Of a stretch of 42,576 bases of DNA, positions 17,490-25,405 are shown in pieces (position 1 is the first letter of the stretch; each line of letters begins with the position of its first letter). The notes beneath the pieces were generated by a model. The model worked only from the letters and a program-made list of their open reading frames with translations, was not told the origin of the DNA and did not search any database. The DNA comes from a virus, in the IMG/VR virus record IMGVR_UViG_3300016665_000124; one strand, given 5' to 3'. Both the position numbers and the translations under genes were made by a program.

Positions 17490-18019
17490 CTACCGCCGGC
17501 GTGCCTTGTCTAGTTCTTTTTTCTCGCGTTCGCCTTTCACTTCATAGTAAGCAGCAAAATGAACGAACTCGGCATCAGTCAGTTCGGTGCGAAGCCGACT
17601 GACTGTCATGCCAAGCTCAGTCGCAAGGAAGAACTCGAAGAATAGCCACGAGTCTCCCTCTAGTCTTTTTTTGCTTCTTCCAGGCTGGCATCACCACCAA
17701 GACCGAACAGGAATAGCTCCAGTTCGTTCAGCACACGCTCCGGTAGTTCGCGTTGCAGCTTGGCTGCATCGGCAGCTGCAAATGCCTTGGTGCCATCCTC
17801 AAGTTCAGCAATCTGGCACAGCATTTGCGTGCTGATCTCTAGGGCTTCATCTGAACCAGCCAAGGTCGTGGCTTTTTTGCGATCAGATCTAGTGATCGGC
17901 TTGAAATACAAGTCCATCACCGGATCGCCGGCATCGTTCTTGATGGTGAACTTACGGCGCTGGTTGAGATCAAAAGCGCCCGTGAGCAAGTCAACAGGGC
18001 GCGTGGATGCAGCAGGCAT
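17490..18019 (-). CDS. Tail assembly chaperone GT fusion made by -1 programmed ribosomal frameshift
   Basis: The -1 frame after A_AAA_AAA (17672-17666) is open for 58 codons (RLEGDSWLFFEFFLATELGMTVSRLRTELTDAEFVHFAAYYEVKGEREKKELDKARRR) to a TAG at 17492-17490. I checked every triplet by hand. Confidence 0.7.
17660..18019 (-). CDS. Tail assembly chaperone (gpG-like)
   Basis: 119-aa acidic ORF between the tube and tape measure genes. It ends ...GAA GCA AAA AAA GAC TAG and so contains an A7 slippery run. Confidence 0.75.
   Translation of the reverse strand: MPAASTRPVDLLTGAFDLNQRRKFTIKNDAGDPVMDLYFKPITRSDRKKATTLAGSDEALEISTQMLCQIAELEDGTKAFAAADAAKLQRELPERVLNELELFLFGLGGDASLEEAKKD
17666..17672 (-). 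promoter_or_regulatory. Slippery heptamer A_AAA_AAA for the G/GT -1 frameshift
   Basis: Seven consecutive T on the plus strand, in the X_XXY_YYZ register relative to the G frame. Confidence 0.7.
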
Positions 18020-18438
18020 TAAATGCTCAGGGTAAGGGTTCCGCTAGATACAAAATTGATGGTTACAATTTCGATCTCTCCAACGGTAGCACTGTATTCA
18101 GTGCTGGTAACCACAATGGTTCCTGTGATTTTTTTGCCGCCGGTTTCGTCCAGGTAAAGCTCAACCGATGCGTCGGCTTCGTCGGTGACCTGGTTGACAT
18201 CCTTGATCAGGTCCAGCTTGTCGCCGGCGCCTGGAGCGTCGTACATGACCTCAATGGTGCCTGATCCGCTGATCAGTCCACCGATGTTGGCGCGATAGGT
18301 GGCGCCATGCACGGTGGCGTCATAGGACTCCTTCTCGACGGTCATCGACCAGGATCGCACAGCAGCGATTTCGGATAGGCCACCGCTGCCAGCCTTATCA
18401 AAGAAGACCGTGCCTTGTTGCCCGCGATAAAAAGCCAT
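18019..18438 (-). CDS. Major tail tube protein, paralog B
   Basis: 139 aa. MAFYRGQQGTVFFDKAG...RSWSMTVEKES...GATYRAN.GGLISGSGT...EYSATVGEIE..TINFV is colinear with the adjacent paralog. Confidence 0.65.
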   Translation of the reverse strand: MAFYRGQQGTVFFDKAGSGGLSEIAAVRSWSMTVEKESYDATVHGATYRANIGGLISGSGTIEVMYDAPGAGDKLDLIKDVNQVTDEADASVELYLDETGGKKITGTIVVTSTEYSATVGEIEIVTINFVSSGTLTLSI

Positions 18439-18440
18439 GA

Positions 18441-18857
18441 TCAGATGTCGAGAGAGATTGCGCCGTTAGCCACGAAGTTGATGGTGATCACTTCGATTTC
18501 ACCCACAGTAGCTGAATACTCAGCAGAGGTGATGACACCATCAAAGGTGATTTTTTTGGTGCCGCTGGTGTCAAGATACAGCTCAAACAGGGCTGCACCT
18601 TCATCATTGGCAGTATTGATCATCTCGATGAATGCATTGGTTTCATCGCTGGTGGTGGCGGTGTACATCAGCTCACAGGTGCCGCTGCCGCTGATCAAGC
18701 CGCCAACATTGGCTCGGTAGGTGGCGCCTAATGCCGTAGTGTCCAGCGATTCCTTTTCGACAGTCATCGACCAGGAACGTGTGCTGGCGATAGCAGCTGC
18801 AGTGGTGCCGGCGTCGTCAAATTTGACGCTGCCTTGCTGCCCTCGATAGAAAGCCAT
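18441..18857 (-). CDS. Major tail tube protein, paralog A
   Basis: 138 aa, well over half identical by eye to the 18019-18438 product. Located between the tail terminator-like gene and the G chaperone. Confidence 0.65.
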   Translation of the reverse strand: MAFYRGQQGSVKFDDAGTTAAAIASTRSWSMTVEKESLDTTALGATYRANVGGLISGSGTCELMYTATTSDETNAFIEMINTANDEGAALFELYLDTSGTKKITFDGVITSAEYSATVGEIEVITINFVANGAISLDI

Positions 18858-18859
18858 GG

Positions 18860-19285
18860 CTAGAGGTCCTCGTAGGTTTCAAAGGTCATTCTGACCTGTG
18901 ACTGGAAATAACCCTCTGGAGCTGGCGCAGCCACCACCTCTGGGCCGGTTGGCGGGTCAAAATGAACACCGCTAACAATGACTCTATTGTAAAGGTCGCG
19001 GATGCGTTTGCCGATGGTGTAGTTAGCGCCTGGTCCTACACCCTTCGCCGTAAAGATATTGATCACGACAACACCGATTACGCTGTTGCTGCTGCCGGTG
19101 GTGCCGCCCATCGTGAGGTAGTTGTTGTTGCCAAAGCTCACCAGGCATTGCACCCAGCTGCTGCCAGGTGTTGGTGTGTATGGCTGGTTGTGAAACACCA
19201 CCGGAATAGCCGGTGCCGCTGCAAGCTCCGTCGCGAGCCTGCCTTCAACAGTGGCGCGGATGGTGTTGAGATTGACTGCCGCCAT
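18860..19285 (-). CDS. Tail terminator-like protein (DUF4128/gpU-like position)
   Basis: 141-aa ORF directly upstream of the tube genes. The family call is from position and general pattern only. Confidence 0.5.
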   Translation of the reverse strand: MAAVNLNTIRATVEGRLATELAAAPAIPVVFHNQPYTPTPGSSWVQCLVSFGNNNYLTMGGTTGSSNSVIGVVVINIFTAKGVGPGANYTIGKRIRDLYNRVIVSGVHFDPPTGPEVVAAPAPEGYFQSQVRMTFETYEDL

Positions 19286-19737
19286 TAGTCACGCCTCCCG
19301 ATTGCATCAGCGGTCTGACGCGCCCATGCGGTCATCTCGCGGGCAATTAAATCGGTCCAACCTGCGGGCGCCTGCGTGCTGTGGCCATTGGCCAGCGGTT
19401 CGGCGTAGGGCAGGTTGTTGTGGATGTGGTACACATTGCCAGCTTTTTCTTGGCCGGCTTGATAGCCGATGCTGATGCGGCGTTCAAACTTTGGATCCCT
19501 GGGTGGATTGGTAGCGTTGCGCCATGAGCCGGTCGCTTCTTGAAACTCGCCGCTGTCGTAGTTGCCGACTTGATTCTCTGCTGTTGCCCAGCTGCCACGA
19601 AATCGGCCGGTATCGACGGGGCTGGCCATCTTAAGCCGCAACTCAGTCTCAAGCACCACCGCCCGCAGCAGCTGCTCATACTTCTCCTGGGAGAAGCTGC
19701 CGATCTGCGATAGGTCGATGCGGCGCGTCATGATCAA
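19285..19737 (-). CDS. HK97 gp10-like head-tail joining / tail completion protein
   Basis: SPVDTGRFRGSW and NNLPYAEPLANGHS motifs are typical of the HK97 gp10 family. Confidence 0.65.
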   Translation of the reverse strand: MIMTRRIDLSQIGSFSQEKYEQLLRAVVLETELRLKMASPVDTGRFRGSWATAENQVGNYDSGEFQEATGSWRNATNPPRDPKFERRISIGYQAGQEKAGNVYHIHNNLPYAEPLANGHSTQAPAGWTDLIAREMTAWARQTADAIGRRD

Positions 19738-20090
19738 GCCCTCAGGATTAGCTCATAGGTGATCGGCATGTTGTCCTGCTCAATCGTGGCAACACTGATC
19801 ACCTGATGGCTGATGCCACCAATCAGCACACGATCGGCAGTGCTTGGTGTTGCCGCAACGTCAACTGCAGCGACCATAAGCCGCTTGTCGCCTGCTTGCA
19901 CCAGCTCATTGACCTCTCGTGCCTTGACGTCTTCCAGTACACCACGGACGACGACGTCAGTCGTTGTTTCGCTGACTGCGCCGGTGGTTGGGTTGTAGAC
20001 GCCTAGCGTTACGGTTCGGATGGTGGCCTCACCGCCGAGCCGAGCCATCAGCTTGCTGGCGACCTTTTGTAGCGCAGGTGCAAGTGCCAT
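19734..20090 (-). CDS. Head closure / head-tail adaptor protein
   Basis: 118-aa ORF in the neck module, ATGA-coupled to the downstream gene. Function assigned by position. Confidence 0.45.
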   Translation of the reverse strand: MALAPALQKVASKLMARLGGEATIRTVTLGVYNPTTGAVSETTTDVVVRGVLEDVKAREVNELVQAGDKRLMVAAVDVAATPSTADRVLIGGISHQVISVATIEQDNMPITYELILRA

Positions 20091-20341
20091 TAGAGCCTAT
20101 AGGCGACACAGTGACCGTTCTGCAGCTCAATGCTGGTGAACACACCATAAAGGGTCGTATGGGCATTGAAGGTCTGCCCTGCCAGGGTGTTGCCGTCGTA
20201 GTTCATTGCCGTGATGTCTTGCACCTGCGTGTTGCTGGTGAAATGAATTGCGCACCAGCGGCCGGTATGCGGATCAGTGTCAGAGATGAATGTTCCACCC
20301 TTGGCGTAATCAACGCCCCAAATGGCTGAGTAGCTGCTCAT
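20090..20341 (-). CDS. Small neck-module protein, tandem paralog 2
   Basis: 83 aa. Shares ISDT-x-HTGR(W/F) and GVFTS(I/V)-L-x-G-x-x-VAY(R/K)(L/I) with the adjacent ORF. Confidence 0.55.
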   Translation of the reverse strand: MSSYSAIWGVDYAKGGTFISDTDPHTGRWCAIHFTSNTQVQDITAMNYDGNTLAGQTFNAHTTLYGVFTSIELQNGHCVAYRL

Positions 20342-20568
20342 ATTTTGTAGGCGACAACTTTGCCGCTGGCGAGAGTGACACTGGTGAAAACGCCCATGAT
20401 GCTGTCGCCAGCATTGAGCGGCACTGACGTGAATGCGTTACCGGTTTGGTTTGCAACTGTTGCTGATGCGATCACTGCATCTGCTACGGCATAAAGCTGC
20501 CAGAAGCGGCCTGTATGGGCGTTGGTGTCGCTGATGTACTCAAAGCCAAGACTGTAGGCGCGATCCAT
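20338..20568 (-). CDS. Small neck-module protein, tandem paralog 1
   Basis: 76 aa, ATGA-coupled to paralog 2, with the same motifs. Confidence 0.55.
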   Translation of the reverse strand: MDRAYSLGFEYISDTNAHTGRFWQLYAVADAVIASATVANQTGNAFTSVPLNAGDSIMGVFTSVTLASGKVVAYKI

Positions 20569-20570
20569 GG

Positions 20571-21134
20571 TCAGCTCCTGCGAATAGCAAAGTTACCGGG
20601 TCCACTTATCCTAAGACCAGTCAGATACCTTTCCATGATCGGCGGGACTTTATCGGCGCCAACAGCACCAAAGCCAAGATTTGGCGTTGCGTCAATGCTG
20701 CCGATCTTTACGTTCTTGTAATCCTCCAGTCCACTTAAACCAAGGCTGTCAGGATTGTTGTGCAGGTACACTGCCAAAACAACCTGCGCATACTTGATTT
20801 GGGCTGGAATCTCATCATCGTCAAAGTAATCCGTCGTGATCCTGAACGGAAACCCCACGGCGTAGGTATTGATGTAGGTATCAGGCTTCCGCACGCCAGT
20901 CCGTGGCCACTGCAGCGCCTGCGTATCGGTTGACCTAGCGCCTAGGAAGCGTTCGCGATCAAGGCGTTGCGTTGCGGTGTACAGCGCACGATTCTTTTGA
21001 TCGGTCGTTGCTGACGCCCATGCAGTTATGTCAGCATCTTCCACAAAGCCATCAACGATGGCCTGGGCATCAGCCAGCGTCAGGTAGGAATTGGCGCTTG
21101 CTGACCCTACGGTTGCGTTGATGACTACGGCCAT
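20571..21134 (-). CDS. Head-tail connector protein (gp6-like / DnaT-like ssDNA-binding fold family)
   Basis: SANSYLTLADAQAI..........Q..AL..AT..LD...F.G motif, typical of this adaptor family. Confidence 0.6.
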   Translation of the reverse strand: MAVVINATVGSASANSYLTLADAQAIVDGFVEDADITAWASATTDQKNRALYTATQRLDRERFLGARSTDTQALQWPRTGVRKPDTYINTYAVGFPFRITTDYFDDDEIPAQIKYAQVVLAVYLHNNPDSLGLSGLEDYKNVKIGSIDATPNLGFGAVGADKVPPIMERYLTGLRISGPGNFAIRRS

Positions 21135-21242
21135 CGGTCTGATCCTCTGGTGTCAGTGTAAGAGGCTCCTGCGCAGGAACAGAGGCCACCTCGGCAGAGG
21201 CAGCCTCACGTTCACGCAGTCGCCGAAAGGCGAACATGCCCA

Positions 21243-21650
21243 TCAGATGCGCTTAAGCAGCACAGTTACCTGTGCACCAGCAACGGCCGTGGTCGTGCCA
21301 GTGATGTCAAGCGCCAGGCGGTCGCCAGCAGCCAGCTGCAGATCAGCAGTGGTGCTCGTCAATCCAGGGCTCTGAAGGGTGTTGTTTTCACCCTTGAGGT
21401 TGATCTTGGTTGCACCAAGCAAGTCGTCGCCAGCAGTGGCGGCTTCTGTGCCCTGGCAGCGACGAATCGTTGCGAGCACATCACCAGCATCCGTGCCCTT
21501 GGTGGCATGGATCTCGTGAACCTCGACCACCTCAAGCGGCTCAGCGGCGATATAGAACACCTGATCCACAACAGCGGTGTTGAGCACCATGTTGCAGGTG
21601 GCGGTCAAATACGCCTGAGTGCTTACTTCAAACTGAGAGGGTTGTGCCAT
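21243..21650 (-). CDS. Hypothetical capsid-associated protein (possible decoration protein)
   Basis: 135-aa ORF immediately downstream of the major capsid gene. No recognisable motif. Confidence 0.45.
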   Translation of the reverse strand: MAQPSQFEVSTQAYLTATCNMVLNTAVVDQVFYIAAEPLEVVEVHEIHATKGTDAGDVLATIRRCQGTEAATAGDDLLGATKINLKGENNTLQSPGLTSTTADLQLAAGDRLALDITGTTTAVAGAQVTVLLKRI

Positions 21651-21661
21651 GGCTAATCACT

Positions 21662-22675
21662 TCAGAAGTTAGAAGTAACGGTAGTGCGCACGATACCAAT
21701 GTTCTTGGTTTCGTACACCTTGGTCCAGTTGCCAACCGTAGCCAGCTGGGCTTGGGTCGGGTTGACCGTGCCCACTGTCCACTTAGCGCCGATCGGGTGG
21801 TAGCAATAGTGCAGGTCGATCGACATGGCATCACTCTTGGCGAGGATGTCGCGATCGGTTTCGGTTTGCATTGCCATCTGCTCACCGCTGGCGATAGCGC
21901 CTTGGGTGAAGAAATACACCGGATAGTTGGTGCTGGTGGGTGCAAGGTCGTCAGAGACGATCACGCGCATACCCATGTAGAAGGGCACGTTAGCGTCAGT
22001 GCCATAAGCAGCAGCAACGCTACCGCCGAAGGCGTCCGGCATTGCGGTATCAGGGGTGACGCGAATGTCACTGGCCTGAACGTAATCCACCGCCTTCCGT
22101 TCGACCAAATCGTAATACACAGCGGAGTGCATTGCGACAGCAGTCAGCTTGTCGCCCTGATCACCCAGCAGGCTGCGAGCCTTGGCTACCTGGCGTGGAC
22201 CGAGAGCGGTCATGCCGCTGGTATCGAAGCGAAGCGCCGAGAATGCCGGACTGTCGGAACCGGTGAGGCTGCCGAACACGCCTTCAAGGCACTTGATCAG
22301 GTCCTTCTGCCGCTGGTTGGCTACATAGTCGGCCACCTTGGCGCCGATGGCAGCCATGGGATCAGAGCCTGCGGCAATTGCTGCAAGGTCCCGAGCCTCA
22401 AAAGCGCGGCCGCGATGCAGGATCACGCCGACCTGCTTGTCAGCAGTGATCTTGCCGGGCGTCAGCGAGGTGCTGTCAGACAGCACTTCAAAGTCGCCAG
22501 TCAGGTTGGCTTTCCAGAAAGGAACGTTGACGTAGTCACCACCTTCAGTGGCATTCAGCTCAGCCATCGGCTGCACCACACCGCTTGCCAGGAAGGCATC
22601 GCGGAGAGTGGTCTGCTCGATGACGTAAGGAGTGAAAACCTCTGGGATGATGACATCAGAGCGAAGAGTCGCCAT
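21662..22675 (-). CDS. Major capsid protein
   Basis: 337 aa, directly after the scaffold gene. Size and position fit an HK97-fold coat protein, and the long plus-strand antisense ORF is judged spurious. Confidence 0.75.
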   Translation of the reverse strand: MATLRSDVIIPEVFTPYVIEQTTLRDAFLASGVVQPMAELNATEGGDYVNVPFWKANLTGDFEVLSDSTSLTPGKITADKQVGVILHRGRAFEARDLAAIAAGSDPMAAIGAKVADYVANQRQKDLIKCLEGVFGSLTGSDSPAFSALRFDTSGMTALGPRQVAKARSLLGDQGDKLTAVAMHSAVYYDLVERKAVDYVQASDIRVTPDTAMPDAFGGSVAAAYGTDANVPFYMGMRVIVSDDLAPTSTNYPVYFFTQGAIASGEQMAMQTETDRDILAKSDAMSIDLHYCYHPIGAKWTVGTVNPTQAQLATVGNWTKVYETKNIGIVRTTVTSNF

Positions 22676-22742
22676 GATGGTTCACAGAAATGGTTTACGG
22701 GATTGGGCGCAGCCCTTACCAGCGCAGCTAGTTACCGAAATA

Positions 22743-23423
22743 CTACCGCATAGCAGCAGCTTTGAGACGATCGTATAGATCACGATCGGTGCGGAATAGC
22801 CTTGCTTGCTCAGTCAGGTTAAACGTATCTTGCGCAAACGGGTTTTTGATGCCAGCAATGTCGCCAGTGCTGCGACCTGCTGGTGCACCACTGCCTTGCG
22901 GCTTGGGTGCCTTCTGCATCCAGGCCGGCAGTGACTTGGCCCATTCGACCACAGGCGTGCGTTGATACCCATCGACAACCACAACGGTGCCATCAGGATC
23001 ACGTTCAATTGCCTCTGGCTTGAGCTTGGTCTTCAAGACCATGTCAGGGTCATGGACGATCTCAGCTAATGCCGTGGCGGCAGGCGTCACCAGCTCCAGC
23101 TCCCGCACGCGAGCCTCTAGCTCTGCAATGCGTTGATCCTTCTGGGCTGTGGCCTCACGGTATTGCTGCTCTAGGGCTTGCCTGGCCTCTTGGTATTTGC
23201 CTTGCGATTCAAGCTGCTGCTGCTCATAGGTACGTTTGAACTCCAGCAATTCATTGACATCAACGCCGTCAGGGATCTTTGGCCCTTTCTTGGCAGCACG
23301 CAGTTCAGCAATCAACTCTCGGTTCTTGGCTTCTAGTGCTTCGACACTGCGCTGCAGTGCATCGGCATTGATTGGCCCAGTTGCCGCAGGCTCCTGGGTT
23401 TGGTTTTCTTCGGACATTGACAA
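22743..23423 (-). CDS. Scaffolding protein
   Basis: 226 aa, strongly charged coiled-coil (EALEAKNRELIAELRAAKK..., QKDQRIAELEARVRELE), located upstream of the capsid gene. Confidence 0.7.
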   Translation of the reverse strand: MSMSEENQTQEPAATGPINADALQRSVEALEAKNRELIAELRAAKKGPKIPDGVDVNELLEFKRTYEQQQLESQGKYQEARQALEQQYREATAQKDQRIAELEARVRELELVTPAATALAEIVHDPDMVLKTKLKPEAIERDPDGTVVVVDGYQRTPVVEWAKSLPAWMQKAPKPQGSGAPAGRSTGDIAGIKNPFAQDTFNLTEQARLFRTDRDLYDRLKAAAMR

Positions 23424-23449
23424 CCCGCAGGGTTAGTTGCAAGCAAAGG

Positions 23450-23725
23450 TTACCACTTTTCGCGATCTGCCCAATACGCAGCTGACATTTTGCCCTTAGC
23501 GATATTCTTGGCGTGTCGCGCTTTGAATGATGCCCTTCTAGCCTTGTCTGCTGCTGATTCTCCTTTTTGTGCTGGTGAGCCTGATACGCCCTGCTGACCG
23601 AACCTAATCAGCTTGACCTGATCACCTTCCTTGGCAAGTACCGCATGGGACTTCTTCGGATGGTTTGGGGTGCGCTTTGGCTTGTTGTAGCCATCGAATT
23701 GTTCTCCTCGATATGTGATGCTCAT
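23450..23725 (-). CDS. Small basic conserved phage protein
   Basis: 91 aa, Lys/Arg-rich (GYNKPKRTPNHPKKSH...IRFGQQG...KARHAKNIAKGK), ATGA-coupled to the upstream micro-ORF. Confidence 0.55.
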   Translation of the reverse strand: MSITYRGEQFDGYNKPKRTPNHPKKSHAVLAKEGDQVKLIRFGQQGVSGSPAQKGESAADKARRASFKARHAKNIAKGKMSAAYWADREKW

Positions 23726-23880
23726 TTGCGTTTTGGCTTCTTTGCGGTCTTAGCGGCTGCTTTGAATGCAGCAGCTGTAGGTCGGCCTGCTTCGCCTTTG
23801 CGCGCCATGCGTTCATTACTGCCTGCTGCAATGCGCTTGCGCTTTGCGTGGATGTTGGCATAAAGCCCTGGCTTAGCCAT
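23722..23880 (-). CDS. 52-aa polybasic protein
   Basis: Hand-translated MAKPGLYANIHAKRKRIAAGSNERMARKGEAGRPTAAAFKAAAKTAKKPKRK. TAATG and ATGA overlaps join it to its neighbours. Below the track cut-off. Confidence 0.5.
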   Translation of the reverse strand: MAKPGLYANIHAKRKRIAAGSNERMARKGEAGRPTAAAFKAAAKTAKKPKRK

Positions 23881-24050
23881 TACTTTTTCCCCTTGCGTGA
23901 TTTGCCAGCTTCACTCAACGCGATCGCTATCGCCTGCTTCCGGCTTTTGACTTTTGGACCTTTTCCTGGCCCCGGCTTGCCGGTATGTAGGGTTCCCTGC
24001 TTGTATTCCCTCATTACCTTCGCCACCTTGTCGGTCTTCTTCTTGGCCAT
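23880..24050 (-). CDS. 56-aa basic protein resembling the DUF6496 family
   Basis: Hand-translated MAKKKTDKVAKVMREYKQGTLHTGKPGPGKGPKVKSRKQAIAIALSEAGKSRKGKK. The KQAIAIALSEAG motif is recognised from memory. It competes with track ORF 23911..24201. Confidence 0.5.
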   Translation of the reverse strand: MAKKKTDKVAKVMREYKQGTLHTGKPGPGKGPKVKSRKQAIAIALSEAGKSRKGKK

Positions 24051-24184
24051 GGTCAGCAGGCGTTTGACTTAATGGTACGCCAAACCGATCAAGCCATGCG
24101 GTGGATCCATCAGGGTATTGGACAAGCCTGGCTTCAGTGCCGTTGTGATCTACAAAATCTGAAGCCTTGCGACCATCGACATAG

Positions 24185-25405
24185 CTATAGCGCAGATCCA
24201 TAGCGTTTTTGCAGTTGCTGCAAGGTTAGCTCTGACCCATCATCGCGCACAAATTTAGCAATGGCATCCTTAGGCCCGTACTTACGGCTCAGCATTTCAA
24301 AGTATGGAGCCCTGCCTTTACCCAGGATCTCTTCCTGCTGTGCTTTTGATTGCTTTGCCAGCCATTCGCCGTACGTTGTGCCAGCTGGCACCATGCCGCC
24401 TGATGCTGCCCGCTTACCTTCCGGTGGTGGCGTGAAGCCCAGTGCCTCGTAGTCGATCACGGGAACCGTCGTAGACCTGCAGTTGAAGTGCTGTGGCGGG
24501 GTCGGACCTTTGCCGTACTCAAACTGGCGGCCATCCAGCGCCCGGCAGATTGCACTGGTGCGGCTGTCAAGCGTTGCAACATAACGATACTTGTTCGTGA
24601 TGTCTTGGTTTACTTCATAAACCTGCTGACTTGCGGCATTAGATACCTGATTGATACTGGTGCGAACGATGGCATTGATCTGATTGTTGGCTACTTTCGT
24701 TAGTTCACCACCTGACTGCACTAACTGCCGGATGCTCTTGGCCTCTTCGCCAAATTCAAGATTGCCGATCAGGCGGCGCACAATATCAGGCGTTGGCTCG
24801 CCTGCTAGCAGGCCATTGCGTACGACCTGGCTGAATCGTTCTGCTTGATCTACCGCCAAGCCACGGAATGCTTTCGTCACGACTTCTCCATTGGGAAGCG
24901 TGATCGTGGCGCCTTGCGCTGCGGTGAGGTTGAACACACCAGTGCCAGCTTGGCGGGCTAATGCTTCAGTGCCGTAAACCGATTTGAACAGGTCGTCCGA
25001 TAGCGCAACCACATTGATCTGCGTCGGATCCGTGGTGACCACTGACTGCGCAAATTGCGGGCTGATTTCTACCGTGCGGACGATGTTGCGCTCACCAGAC
25101 GGCAATGCACGCCGTAATTGATCTATCACGAACTCAGACTGCAGCTGCGCAATGCCTTGCAGCTCAGATGCTGTGATCTCCGTTGCGTCACCACTCCAGC
25201 CATCAAGGCTGGCCTTCAGCTGCGCCAGTATTGCCCGTAGGCGTGCTGCCTTGACCGGTGCGGTGAGGTCATCAATTGTGCGCAGTTGATTTGCAGCATC
25301 AATGATGATGTCGTTATAGGCATTAATGATGCGCCTGGCGACACTGTTACTGTATCGGTTTAGATCAATCGCATTACGGAAGAATGCTGCTGGCGTGTCG
25401 CTCAT
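24185..25405 (-). CDS. Head morphogenesis protein (Mu F / SPP1 gp7 family)
   Basis: 406 aa after the portal gene, with the C-terminal motif TSAICRALDGRQF...PPQHFNCRST, typical of this family. Confidence 0.8.
   Translation of the reverse strand: MSDTPAAFFRNAIDLNRYSNSVARRIINAYNDIIIDAANQLRTIDDLTAPVKAARLRAILAQLKASLDGWSGDATEITASELQGIAQLQSEFVIDQLRRALPSGERNIVRTVEISPQFAQSVVTTDPTQINVVALSDDLFKSVYGTEALARQAGTGVFNLTAAQGATITLPNGEVVTKAFRGLAVDQAERFSQVVRNGLLAGEPTPDIVRRLIGNLEFGEEAKSIRQLVQSGGELTKVANNQINAIVRTSINQVSNAASQQVYEVNQDITNKYRYVATLDSRTSAICRALDGRQFEYGKGPTPPQHFNCRSTTVPVIDYEALGFTPPPEGKRAASGGMVPAGTTYGEWLAKQSKAQQEEILGKGRAPYFEMLSRKYGPKDAIAKFVRDDGSELTLQQLQKRYGSAL

Noticed and set aside
21134-21245. 57-aa minus-strand ORF (MGMFAFRRLREREAAS...) in the gap between the 21243 gene and the adaptor gene
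   Set aside because: It starts with a TGATG overlap, which is suggestive. However, it runs about 60 nt into the adaptor gene in another frame and has no recognisable features. It is too uncertain to call.
21644-22753. 369-aa plus-strand ORF covering the whole capsid gene region
   Set aside because: It is antisense to the well-supported major capsid gene, has odd composition (His/Gly/Val/Ala-rich with no motifs), and fits no operon context. It is a typical GC-rich antisense shadow ORF.
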